Source: Actinomycetes bacterium (GTDB lineage: Bacteria > Actinomycetota > Actinomycetes > Actinomycetales > Demequinaceae). From it: 34,124 bases of DNA. Every line of letters starts with the position of its first letter. Positions within the stretch are counted from its first letter, which is position 1. The notes beneath the pieces are model-generated. The model had not been told where the DNA came from and ran no database searches. It was given only the letters and a program-made list of their open reading frames with translations. Location of the stretch: assembly GCA_023428185.1 (NCBI GenBank), contig JAEYYZ010000140.1:1-34124 (forward strand). The letters are read 5' to 3'. Below are positions 8,831-18,049 of the stretch, piece after piece. A program made the position numbers and the translations under genes.

Positions 8831-9553
8831 ATGGCGGAGGTCGTGTTGCACATGACGTTGCCAGACCGGTCCACCCTTCCCGGTGACTCAGGAGAGTCCA
8901 AACTGCGCCACCTGTACGCGCACCCGCCTGGAGTGGTGCGACTGGGGATGATCGCCTCACATGATGGCAAGGCAAGCGGACCGGATGGCTCCTCGCGCTC
9001 CCTCAACGGCCCGGAAGACTTGCGCATCTTGCGCACCCTGCGCTCGGTTGCTGATGTCGTACTAGTGGGCGCTAGCACCGCTCGCAGCGAGAAATACACG
9101 GACATCCGGCTTCCTGGCGCTTTAGCCGATGCCCGAGAGAACGCGGGAATGCCCGGCGCCCCCGACTTGGCGATCGTCACCTACAGCGGAGACATCCCCG
9201 CCGGACTCGATCCCGAGCGCACGTGGATCATCACCACCTCGGACTCCCCCGTTACGCGCGCGGCCCAGGGCCCTTGGCATAGCCGGGTGATCACGGCGGG
9301 AGAATCCAGCCTCGATCCGCAGTATGTGGTGGAGGGCCTCGCGTATCAGGGACTCAAAGCCGTGCTGTGTGAAGGGGGTCCGGCGTTAGCGCAATTGATG
9401 CTTGCGCGAGGCGTGGTGCATGAGTATTGCCTCACACACTCTCCACACGACGGCGGTGAGCACAGTCCGCTCATGCCGCCGGTGCCGCCCGAGATGTCGT
9501 TGCGACACCGGCTTGAAGGCGGGGGCTTTGTGATGGAACGGTGGAGCGTCTAG
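8831..9553 (+). CDS. RibD C-terminal domain / dihydrofolate-reductase-like pyrimidine reductase family protein
   Basis: MIASHDG, ADVVLVGASTAR, LCEGGPAL; SD AAGGAGG before ATG 8831; divergent from zapE as in other actinobacteria. Confidence 0.82.
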   Translation: MAEVVLHMTLPDRSTLPGDSGESKLRHLYAHPPGVVRLGMIASHDGKASGPDGSSRSLNGPEDLRILRTLRSVADVVLVGASTARSEKYTDIRLPGALADARENAGMPGAPDLAIVTYSGDIPAGLDPERTWIITTSDSPVTRAAQGPWHSRVITAGESSLDPQYVVEGLAYQGLKAVLCEGGPALAQLMLARGVVHEYCLTHSPHDGGEHSPLMPPVPPEMSLRHRLEGGGFVMERWSV

Positions 9554-10248
9554 GCACGCACTGCGGCGCCAGCGGCCACCACTGTGCGTCGTGCCAGTGA
9601 GTCGAGGGCATCGAGCACTCTGCCGTGAGTGAGCTGTGCCGCCGCTACTGACAACTCGGTGCACCCCAGAACCACGCCGTCGGCACCATCGACCAGACAC
9701 TCCTCAATGACTCGCTCGAGCATGCCTTCGGGTGCCGCCACCCCTGCCTTCACAAAGTCATAAATCAGTGCGTTGAGCGTCCCCTGCGCTTCACGCGAGG
9801 GATAACTGACGTCCACTCCGTGAGCGTCCGCTGCCCTGTCGTAGGTGCGGGCAGTTCGCGTGCCGTCGGTGGCCAGCACGCAGATGCGTTTCCATCCGCG
9901 TTGCGCCGCATCTTCCACAGCAACATCCACGATGTCCACTATCGGCACCTGCACCGCCGCTCGCATGGCATCTACGAACGCCGTGGCAGTGTTACATGGC
10001 ATGACGATCGCCGTGACGCCCAATGCCTCGAGTCGGCGTGCGTCGGCCACCAAGTCCTCAGTGGGGTCGTGGGGAGAAGCGCCGGTGATGAAAGCCGTCC
10101 GGTCCGGTACCGAGGAGTGTTGCAGCACCACCAAATTGGCGTGCTCTTGATCGGTGCGGGCGTCGGTCGCGGCAAGAACCCGCGCCATGAAGTCCACCGT
10201 TGCCGCGGGTCCCAACCCACCAATCACGCCAACCTCAGGCAAAGTCAC
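9550..10248 (-). CDS. Aspartate/glutamate racemase family protein (PLP-independent, Asp-racemase type)
   Basis: GVIGGLGPAAT, DQEH, PDRTAFI, both catalytic cysteines present (PCNTA, LGCTEL), LATDGT. Confidence 0.92.
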   Translation of the reverse strand: MTLPEVGVIGGLGPAATVDFMARVLAATDARTDQEHANLVVLQHSSVPDRTAFITGASPHDPTEDLVADARRLEALGVTAIVMPCNTATAFVDAMRAAVQVPIVDIVDVAVEDAAQRGWKRICVLATDGTRTARTYDRAADAHGVDVSYPSREAQGTLNALIYDFVKAGVAAPEGMLERVIEECLVDGADGVVLGCTELSVAAAQLTHGRVLDALDSLARRTVVAAGAAVRA

Positions 10249-10350
10249 AGTTCTCAGGCTAGTCGGTGTGGCGACCTGTGACGCCAGGCACCCCCATAAG
10301 ATGGCGACTGCGTGACTCCCGCCCCCGCCCTACCCAAAGGAACGTTCACC

Positions 10351-11589
10351 ATGACGTACGGCAATGCTGAGTTTGTGCCGATTCTCCTCGGTACCAGCCT
10401 CAACACGTACAGCATCGCCAGGACCTTCCACGAGACCTATGGCGTGCGCTCGCTCGCACTGGGGCGCTACCCGCTACGGGAGACTGCAGCATCGGCAATT
10501 GTCGGAGTGCGCTGCTACCCCGACTTTGATCAGCCTGAGGCAGTAGTGCGAGTGCTCAAGGAAGTGGCCCAGGAGTTTCCTGGTCGCACCCTGATCCTGC
10601 TCGCCAACATCGAGTACTACACGGGAGTGGTGCTCGCTCATCGCACGGAGTTGGAGCCGTTGTTCGCGATTCCCATGATCGATGCGACCACCGCAGCGCA
10701 ATTGATGAACAAGACCGATTTCTACCGCACTTGCGCTCGGTTGGGCGTTCCACACCCGCGGACTGTGGAATTGAGCAACGCTGAGCTACAGGACGATGCC
10801 TGGGGCGAGGACTTGCCCTTCGCTTACCCCGTGGTGCTCAAACCGTCTAACACCGACACCTATGCGCAGATGGCCTTCGAAGGCAAGAAGAAAGTCTTCA
10901 TTGTGGGCGACGCGCTGGAGTTGCGCGAGACCGCCCACCGCATCTACAACGCCGGTTACGACGACCTCCTGGTGGTCCAGGAGTATCTCAAGGGCGACGA
11001 ATCTGTCATGCGGGTGGTGAATACCTACTCGGACCGTTCGGGCCGCATGAAACTCCTCAGCGCGGGCCAGATAGTGCTCAGCGAATACAACCCCAAGATG
11101 GTGGGCAACTACAACGCGGTGGTCTCTATCAGCGACGATGCTCTCACCGCCTCCATTCGCACGTTCCTCGACTCACTCGGTTACGTGGGGCCAGCCAACT
11201 TTGACGTCATGTATGACGTCGCTACCGGCGAAAGCAAGCTCCTCGAAGTGAACTTGCGGCAAGGAGCCGCCAGTCATTACGTCATGGCAGCCGGTGCCAA
11301 CTTTGCCCGATGCTACGTCGAGGACTTAGTGAACGCCGCCCCCCTTGACGAGCAACTACCCACCGCGACACGCCTGTGGGTCAATGCGCCATACCCCGTG
11401 GTGCGGTGGTTCGCCCCGCGCAGCGTACGGGCCCATCTCAAGCGAGCGCGCGGGCACGGCATCACACACACGCTCAAGTACGAGGGTGACTCGTCGCTCA
11501 AGCGGCGCATCAACGTGTGGCGTATCGATGTGCGCCACACCCTGGACTACATCAAGTTCGCGAAGGTGCGGCCCGGTCAAGGTCAGTGA
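10351..11589 (+). CDS. ATP-grasp carboxylate-amine ligase, D-aspartate ligase (Aslfm)-like
   Basis: PILLGTSLNTYSIARTFHETYG N-terminus, NKTDFY, YPVVLKPSN, VVQEYLKGDES, ANFDVMYD, LEVNLRQG. SD AAAGGA before ATG 10351 (alternative GTG 10312). Confidence 0.85.
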   Translation: MTYGNAEFVPILLGTSLNTYSIARTFHETYGVRSLALGRYPLRETAASAIVGVRCYPDFDQPEAVVRVLKEVAQEFPGRTLILLANIEYYTGVVLAHRTELEPLFAIPMIDATTAAQLMNKTDFYRTCARLGVPHPRTVELSNAELQDDAWGEDLPFAYPVVLKPSNTDTYAQMAFEGKKKVFIVGDALELRETAHRIYNAGYDDLLVVQEYLKGDESVMRVVNTYSDRSGRMKLLSAGQIVLSEYNPKMVGNYNAVVSISDDALTASIRTFLDSLGYVGPANFDVMYDVATGESKLLEVNLRQGAASHYVMAAGANFARCYVEDLVNAAPLDEQLPTATRLWVNAPYPVVRWFAPRSVRAHLKRARGHGITHTLKYEGDSSLKRRINVWRIDVRHTLDYIKFAKVRPGQGQ

Positions 11590-12745
11590 GCACCACATCG
11601 ACGATGCGTTGTGCGGTTGCTTCGTCTACATCCGTGGGCAGATTGACCACGCGCTCAATCAAGTCCTCGGTAATGGCTACTGAGCCGTCACCCGGCGTGT
11701 AGTGGTAAACCTGTGGATCCGGCACCCCGGGAAAGAGTGCGGGCCGGTACCAGCGGCCCGGTCGCAACCCGGCGCTAGCCAGTGCCTCGAACACGCGCTT
11801 GGCTGTAGCGGCATCGGCCGCAAAGAACGGAAAACGTACGAGAGGCTGAGCTGAGGTGAGGGCGCTAGGAATGTCCACGCGTCCCGCAAGTGCCTCACGG
11901 TAGACCTCCACAGCGGCGCTGCGACGCTCGTGAACGCTGTCCAGCTCGCGCAACGCCAAAGCCATCGCCTCCACCATCCAGGGAGAAGGCCGCGCTGGTT
12001 GGTGGGGCAAACCGCCCTCCAATTCACTCGGCGCAATCGCGGGCTCAAATCGCCCTGAGCGAGTCAAGGCCTGCCGCAACGGGTTGCCCACACTCGCAGG
12101 CAATCGGCGCAACAAGCGCATGTATGGCACATACCTGCGTGCAGCCCTGTCGAGCTTGGCACCCACCACGGGGAGCGCGTGCAGGGCTTCCGTGATCCGT
12201 GCGCGCACTAGCTGGTCCCGCATCGCAGGGTTGACCCACACCGCTCCGCCAAAGCGTGTGGGCAACACCTTTTCCACACCAAACGAGTGGATTGAGACAT
12301 CCGCAAGCGGAGCGCCTTGCGAATCCCGCGCCATCCTGCCCACACAGTGGGCACTGTCTTCAATGAGAAGTGCACCCTCTCCGTGCGCGAGGTCGCGGAG
12401 TTGAGCCGTTCGCTCAGAATCGACGATGCCAAACGTGTGTTGGGCCACCACCGCGCGGTCTCCTTGACGGAGTTCAAGGCGCTCCGGGTCAAGGGCAACC
12501 GTGGCTGCGCTCACCTCGGCGTAACGAGGAGTCAATCCGCTCACCACAATGGGGTCCACGGCTGTAGCGCACGTGAATACCTGGGTTGCTACCTGCCCAG
12601 GCCCTGTGGCATCGGCGAGTGCGGTGAAAACCACCTGCATGCCGTACCTGGCCTTGAAAACCAGGAACCAATCCTCGGGAGCGGTGCCCGTAAGCTCCGC
12701 CAACGCCGCCGTGACAGCCGCGGCGGGCGTGGCGGGAGCGCTCAC
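11552..12745 (-). CDS. DegT/DnrJ/EryC1/StrS-family PLP-dependent enzyme (fold type I)
   Basis: QHTFG, LIEDSAH, HSFGVEKVLPTRFGGA (PLP Lys), C-terminal VNLPT; GTG start 2 nt after the gnd stop. Confidence 0.8.
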   Translation of the reverse strand: MSAPATPAAAVTAALAELTGTAPEDWFLVFKARYGMQVVFTALADATGPGQVATQVFTCATAVDPIVVSGLTPRYAEVSAATVALDPERLELRQGDRAVVAQHTFGIVDSERTAQLRDLAHGEGALLIEDSAHCVGRMARDSQGAPLADVSIHSFGVEKVLPTRFGGAVWVNPAMRDQLVRARITEALHALPVVGAKLDRAARRYVPYMRLLRRLPASVGNPLRQALTRSGRFEPAIAPSELEGGLPHQPARPSPWMVEAMALALRELDSVHERRSAAVEVYREALAGRVDIPSALTSAQPLVRFPFFAADAATAKRVFEALASAGLRPGRWYRPALFPGVPDPQVYHYTPGDGSVAITEDLIERVVNLPTDVDEATAQRIVDVVLTDLDRAAPSRT

Positions 12746-12747
12746 GG

Positions 12748-14181
12748 TTAAGCCTCAACCTCCGAGTGGTCACCTGACCACAAGGTGTGGAAGGTGCCCT
12801 CGGAGTCCACCCGCTTGTAGGTGTGCGCGCCAAAGAAGTCGCGTTGACCTTGAATCAGCGCGGCAGGCAGACGCTCCGCACGCAGCGAGTCGTAGTACGC
12901 GAGCGACGAGGCGAACGCGGGTACCGGGATACCTGCAAGAGCCGCTTGCGACACGACTCGCCGCCATGCCGCCACGCCCTTGGCGAGTTCCCCAGCGAAG
13001 TAGGGGTCAACGAGCAAGCTGGGCAAAGTCGCCTCACGCTCGTAAGCCTCGGTGATGCGGTTCAGGAAGCGGGCACGAATGATGCAGCCCCCACGCCAAA
13101 TGCGCGCCATGGCTCCCTTGTCGATGCCCCAGTTGTATTCATCTGATGCGGCCTGAATCTGGTCAAAGCCTTGAGCGTAGGCCACCACCTTGGAGGCGTA
13201 GAGCGCCAGGCGCACGTCCTCGATAAAGGCTTCCGGTACGGCAATGTCGAGCGGTTGAGCGCCCGAGGCGAGCACTTTGCGTGCGGCCTCGCGCTGGCTA
13301 CGGTGCGATGAGATGGCTCGCGCAAAGGTAGCTTCGGCAATGCCCGTCACGGGCACCCCAAGCTCCAATGCGTTCTGCACCGTCCAGCGGCCCGTGCCCT
13401 TTTGGCCCGCCTCATCCACGATCACGTCAACGAGCGCCTTGCCGGTCTTGGCGTCGGTCTGCGCCAACACTTCAGCGGTGATCTCGATGAGGAAGCTTTC
13501 GAGGTCGCCTTCGTTCCAACGGGCGAACACTCCCGCGAGGTCTGCGGGCTCCATGCCAAGGCCCGTACGCATTAAGTCATAAGCCTCGCCAATGAGCTGC
13601 ATGTCCGCGTACTCGATGCCGTTGTGCACCATCTTGACGAAGTGGCCAGCGCCATCGGGACCCACATGCGTGCAACAAGGCACGCCATCCACTTTTGCGG
13701 AGATCTTCTCCAGGATGGGGCCAAGGGTCACGTATGACTCGGCGGGACCACCAGGCATGATGGATGGGCCCAGAAGGGCACCTTCTTCGCCGCCGGATAC
13801 GCCGGAGCCGACAAAGTGCAAACCTTGGGCCGCCAGTGCCGCTTCACGCCTGCGCGTGTCGGTGAATAAGGCATTGCCAGCGTCAACGATGATGTCGCCC
13901 TTGTCCAGTAGCGGAATGAGCGCGTCGATCACGGCGTCCGTGGGCCCGCCAGCTTGCACCATGATGACTACCTTGCGAGGCGTTTCCAACGAAGCCACAA
14001 AGTCCTCAAGCGACTCGGAACCAATGAAGGTGCCTTCGTCGCCGTGGTCCTCTATGAGGGAGTGCATCTTTTCCGGGCTGCGGTTATGCACCGCCACCGT
14101 GTATCCGTTACGGGCAAAGTTACGTGCCAGGTTGCGGCCCATTACCGCCAGTCCTGTTACGCCGATCTGCGCGAGCGCCAT
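12748..14181 (-). CDS. gndA: 6-phosphogluconate dehydrogenase, decarboxylating, NADP-dependent
   Basis: GLAVMGRNLARN, NRS, GVSGGEEGA, HFVKMVHNGIEY, QKGTGRW, WRGGCIIR, QRDFFGAHTY. Confidence 0.98.
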   Translation of the reverse strand: MALAQIGVTGLAVMGRNLARNFARNGYTVAVHNRSPEKMHSLIEDHGDEGTFIGSESLEDFVASLETPRKVVIMVQAGGPTDAVIDALIPLLDKGDIIVDAGNALFTDTRRREAALAAQGLHFVGSGVSGGEEGALLGPSIMPGGPAESYVTLGPILEKISAKVDGVPCCTHVGPDGAGHFVKMVHNGIEYADMQLIGEAYDLMRTGLGMEPADLAGVFARWNEGDLESFLIEITAEVLAQTDAKTGKALVDVIVDEAGQKGTGRWTVQNALELGVPVTGIAEATFARAISSHRSQREAARKVLASGAQPLDIAVPEAFIEDVRLALYASKVVAYAQGFDQIQAASDEYNWGIDKGAMARIWRGGCIIRARFLNRITEAYEREATLPSLLVDPYFAGELAKGVAAWRRVVSQAALAGIPVPAFASSLAYYDSLRAERLPAALIQGQRDFFGAHTYKRVDSEGTFHTLWSGDHSEVEA

Positions 14182-14217
14182 GTCACATCCTTGATTTCCT
14201 GAAGGGGGTACGGCACA

Positions 14218-14223
14218 AGACTA
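14218..14223 (-). promoter_or_regulatory. Putative -10 element (TAGTCT) for gndA
   Basis: TAnnnT hexamer 36 nt upstream of the ATG; the leader carries an AAGGA SD. Confidence 0.45.
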
Positions 14224-14313
14224 GGGCAGAGAGCCACTTCACCAGACGCGTGGACTGACGGGGCGCCCGCGTGGCACCCACCAGTCGCGGCACCCCACGC
14301 TTAGGCTCCACGT

Positions 14314-14868
14314 ATGAGTGTGGTCGAGGCACCCGCGGTGTTCCGTGACGCCCTCGCGTCACTGGGTAGCGCCTCCACGCGCGCGGACGTACGCCTCGTT
14401 GAGACACCTGCGCCTGCGCGCATTGCGTCGTTCGCGGCTGCGATCAATGGCACAGTGCTTCCTGAGGAGTTAGACACCACGGGGCGGTTCGTCTTACTTC
14501 ATGAGCCGGGTGGGAACGACGCTTGGGAAGGTGACCTTCGCATCATCGCTTTAGTGAAAGCTGCGGTAGAGCCGGAGATTGGCGCAGATGACATGTGGGC
14601 AGATGCCGCCTGGTCATGGATCGCCGACGCCTTGCACAATCTTCCCCACCACGGACTCGGCGGCACCGTCACCAAAGTCGTGAACCGGAGTTTTGGTCAG
14701 CTTTCAAGCCGCGAAGACGATGTCAGCGTGGAGATGCGCGTGTCGTGGACCCCTGAGTCCTCGGACGTGGGACCGCATATCGTGGCGTGGACGGAACTGT
14801 TGGCCTTGTGCGCGGGCATCCCCCCCGTGCCGGAGGGAGTGGCAGTGCTCCCCGGAGGGAGAGCATGA
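14314..14868 (+). CDS. DUF3000 family protein
   Basis: PAPARIA, GRFVLLHEP, AAWSW, GGTVT, RVSWTP; immediately upstream of rnd as is typical; TAGGCT 6 nt before the ATG. Confidence 0.85.
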   Translation: MSVVEAPAVFRDALASLGSASTRADVRLVETPAPARIASFAAAINGTVLPEELDTTGRFVLLHEPGGNDAWEGDLRIIALVKAAVEPEIGADDMWADAAWSWIADALHNLPHHGLGGTVTKVVNRSFGQLSSREDDVSVEMRVSWTPESSDVGPHIVAWTELLALCAGIPPVPEGVAVLPGGRA

Positions 14869-16148
14869 CGGAAACACCCCCCGAGGCTCCCCCGCCGCAC
14901 GCGCAGGATGTAGCCGAAGAAAGTACCGCCACGCCCCTGCTCGTGCCTCAAGACGGCGTGCCTGACTTGGTGGACACCCCTGAGGCTCTAGCGCGAGTGG
15001 TGGAAGCTTTTGCTGCAGCAACCGGGCCTGTGGCCGCCGACGCCGAGCGAGCATCGGGCTTCCGGTATGGCCAAGCCACCTATGTGGCTCAGTTCAAGCG
15101 TGAGGGCGCAGGTATAGCGCTCATTGACACTGCCGCACTGCCGGATCTTTCGGCGCTCAATGAGGCGATTGGGGATGCTGAGTACGTCTTCCACGCCGCA
15201 AGTCAAGACTTGCCAGGCATGCGTGAACTCGGGATCCTCCCGCAACGCATCTTTGACACCGAACTTGCCGCACGCTTGCTCGGTTGGCCCAAGGTGGGCC
15301 TGGCGGCTGTAGTGGAGCGCGAACTCGGCCTTGCCTTGGCCAAAGAGCACTCCGCTCAGGACTGGTCAGTGCGTCCCTTGCCTCATGAATGGCTGGTGTA
15401 CGCCGCGCTTGATGTGGAGAAACTCATCGAAGTGCGCCACGGCCTGGAGACCCAGTTGCGGGATGCGGGCAAACTCGACTGGGCCTTACAAGAGTTTGAA
15501 GCGGTGCGTCTCACTCCGCCCGCGGAGGCGAAGGTGGAGCCATGGCGGCGAGTCTCGGGTTCACACGTGTTGCGGGATGCCCGGTCCCTCGCCATTGTGC
15601 GCTCACTGTGGGAAGCCCGTGACAAGGAAGCCCGGCGCCGGGATATGTCTCCGGGCCGGGTGTTGCGGGATGCCGCCATCTCTTCAGCCGCGTTGGCCAA
15701 GCCCACCTCACTCAACGCGTTGATGGAGGTGCGTGAGTGGTCCTCCCGTGGCACCAAACGTGCCGCACCCCGGTGGTTCCCAGCGATTCAAGAAGCCATG
15801 GCATTGCCCGAATCGGAACTCCCTGCCCGCAGGGCCGCGCCAGGTGACGGACCACCCCAGCCACGCATGTGGAAAGAGAAGCGACCGGAGGCAGCCGCAC
15901 GGCTCGATGCGGCGCGCGCGGTGGTTGCGAACATGTCCACTTCGCTCGAGATCCCTGCGGAGAACCTTCTTCAGCCCGACGCGCTACGCAGGGCGTGCTG
16001 GGAGTACACGGGCGACGGTGAGGCGTGGGTGCGCACCTTCTTGACTGGAAGAGGTGCGCGCGCCTGGCAAGTGGACCTCTTGGCGCAACCCCTCGCCCAA
16101 GCCTTCGCGCAAGCAAAAGTTACTGAGGCGACCGACGCATCGCAGTGA
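14865..16148 (+). CDS. rnd: Ribonuclease D (DEDDy 3'-5' exonuclease plus HRDC domains)
   Basis: ADAERASG, FHAASQDL, FDTELAA, KEHSAQDWS, YAALDVE, SPGRVLRD; ATGA overlap with DUF3000. Confidence 0.9.
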   Translation: MTETPPEAPPPHAQDVAEESTATPLLVPQDGVPDLVDTPEALARVVEAFAAATGPVAADAERASGFRYGQATYVAQFKREGAGIALIDTAALPDLSALNEAIGDAEYVFHAASQDLPGMRELGILPQRIFDTELAARLLGWPKVGLAAVVERELGLALAKEHSAQDWSVRPLPHEWLVYAALDVEKLIEVRHGLETQLRDAGKLDWALQEFEAVRLTPPAEAKVEPWRRVSGSHVLRDARSLAIVRSLWEARDKEARRRDMSPGRVLRDAAISSAALAKPTSLNALMEVREWSSRGTKRAAPRWFPAIQEAMALPESELPARRAAPGDGPPQPRMWKEKRPEAAARLDAARAVVANMSTSLEIPAENLLQPDALRRACWEYTGDGEAWVRTFLTGRGARAWQVDLLAQPLAQAFAQAKVTEATDASQ

Positions 16149-17988
16149 GTGTGGAGTCCGCAATCACACCAGCATCCAAGCCAATTTGCTCAATGACTTG
16201 GGCGCGACTTGCGTGATCGAGGAACTCCCGCGGCACGCCGTAGTGCAGCCACCGCGCCGGGTGCCCGGCTGCGCGCGCGAACTCTGCCCATTCCTCGCCG
16301 ATGCCTGCGTCGGTCAGCCCGTCCTCAACGGTGACCACAAGTTCAGCCTCGCCCAAGGCATCGACCATGCTGTGCGGCACGGGATGAACCCACGTGGCCG
16401 AGGCGGCTGCCACATCCGCTCCCTCAGCGGCGAGCTTGCCGGCAACCTCCACAGCGGTCGCCGCCATGGAACCCAAGCCAAACACCACAATGCGCGGTCG
16501 AGACCCGTTTTCGGTGAGGAAATCGATGTCGCCCACCGTACGCACAGCGGGCAGGGGCTCCGTGACTGGGCCCTTGGGGTACCGGACCACTGTGGGCGCG
16601 TCGTTGACGTCGAGAGCTTCCCTGAACGCCTTGCGCAAGGTGGGCTCGTCTCGTGGAGCAGCCAGTCGCAAGCCTGGAACGTGCCGCAAGAGCGCCATGT
16701 CCCACATGCCATTGTGGCTAGCACCGTCGTCACCGGTGATGCCCGCCCTGTCCAACATGAAGGTCACACCCGCACGGTGCAGTGCCACATCCATGAGCAC
16801 CTGATCGAATGCGCGGTTGAGGAACGTCGCGTATACGGCGATTACGGGGTGAAGTCCCGCAAACGCCATGCCGGCGGCACTCGTCACGGCGTGCTGCTCC
16901 GCGATACCCACGTCGATGACGCGGCGTGGGTAGGCATCGGCAAAAGGCTGTAGACCCACTGGGGCGAGCATGGCTGCGGTGATGGCCACCACATCCTCGC
17001 GTTCCGCACCCACGGCGAGCATTTCGTCGGCGAAGACTGATGTCCACCCAAACCGTGAAGGCTGAATGGGTAGGCCCGTCTCTGGGTGAATCTTGCCCAC
17101 CGCGTGGAATCGGTCCGCAACATCCTGCTCCGCCGGGGTGTAGCCTCGGCCCTTTTCAGTGATCACATGGACGATGACCGGCGCACCGAACGCTTTAGCG
17201 TGCTTCAGAGCGGCTTCCACTTGGCTCAAGTCATGACCGTCCACTGGGCCCATGTATTTGATGCCGAGGTCCTCGAACATGCCTTGAGGGCCAATGAGGC
17301 CTTTGATGGCGCGCTTTCCGTGCACCACCGTGTTGTACGTGAAATCGCGCACAGGTCCCTTGCCGTGGAACGTGCGCCTGCCCCACGTCAGGAAGTCCTC
17401 ATACGCGCGAGACGTGCGAATGCCGTCCAACCTGCGCGCGAGCCCACCGGTGGTAGGCGCATACGAGCGGCCGTTGTCATTGACGATGACAACCACGCGG
17501 TCATCGCAATCCGCTATGGAGTTCAACGCCTCCCATGCCATGCCGCCTGTGAGTGCACCGTCTCCAATGACCGCCACGGTGGTGCGATCCGTTTCGCCTC
17601 GAAGGGCGTGCGCCCGTGCAATGCCTGCCGCCCACGAAAGCGCGGTGGAAGCGTGCGAGTTCTCGACGATGTCGTGCTCGCTTTCAGCGCGGCTCGGATA
17701 GCCCGAGACCCCGCCACGGGAGCGTAGAGTGCTGAAATCTTTACGGCCAGTCAGCAACTTGTGGACGTAAGACTGGTGGCCCGTGTCGAACACGATGGGG
17801 TCGTACGGCGAATCGAAAACGCGGTGAATGGCCATGGTGAGTTCCACCACGCCCAGATTGGGTCCCAGATGGCCGCCTGTCTTGGAGACGGATTGCACCA
17901 AGGTGTGCCGGATCTCCGCTGCAAGGGCAGTTAGCTGCGTAGCGTCGAGCCCGCGTAGATCCTGCGGGCCGTGCACGTCCTCAAGCAC
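16120..17988 (-). CDS. dxs: 1-deoxy-D-xylulose-5-phosphate synthase
   Basis: GGHLGPNLG, DTGHQSYVHK, GDGALTGGMAWEALN, GIAEQHA, YATFLNRAFDQ, DRAG, RYPKG; SD GAAGGAG before GTG. Confidence 0.97.
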   Translation of the reverse strand: MLEDVHGPQDLRGLDATQLTALAAEIRHTLVQSVSKTGGHLGPNLGVVELTMAIHRVFDSPYDPIVFDTGHQSYVHKLLTGRKDFSTLRSRGGVSGYPSRAESEHDIVENSHASTALSWAAGIARAHALRGETDRTTVAVIGDGALTGGMAWEALNSIADCDDRVVVIVNDNGRSYAPTTGGLARRLDGIRTSRAYEDFLTWGRRTFHGKGPVRDFTYNTVVHGKRAIKGLIGPQGMFEDLGIKYMGPVDGHDLSQVEAALKHAKAFGAPVIVHVITEKGRGYTPAEQDVADRFHAVGKIHPETGLPIQPSRFGWTSVFADEMLAVGAEREDVVAITAAMLAPVGLQPFADAYPRRVIDVGIAEQHAVTSAAGMAFAGLHPVIAVYATFLNRAFDQVLMDVALHRAGVTFMLDRAGITGDDGASHNGMWDMALLRHVPGLRLAAPRDEPTLRKAFREALDVNDAPTVVRYPKGPVTEPLPAVRTVGDIDFLTENGSRPRIVVFGLGSMAATAVEVAGKLAAEGADVAAASATWVHPVPHSMVDALGEAELVVTVEDGLTDAGIGEEWAEFARAAGHPARWLHYGVPREFLDHASRAQVIEQIGLDAGVIADSTLTAMRRSPQ

Positions 17989-18014
17989 CCTTGCTCCTTC
18001 CGAGAACTTTCACC

Positions 18015-18020
18015 ACTGTA
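18015..18020 (-). promoter_or_regulatory. Putative -10 element (TACAGT) for dxs
   Basis: TAnnnT hexamer 26 nt upstream of the GTG, in the acnA-dxs gap. Confidence 0.5.
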
Positions 18021-18049
18021 CGGCTCGCTTGTAGTAGCCGCGAGAACCG

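Noticed and set aside
16054..16953. 299-aa plus-strand ORF and similar long antisense ORFs over treY, treZ, gndA and dxs
   Set aside because: Shadow frames of well-supported genes on the opposite strand
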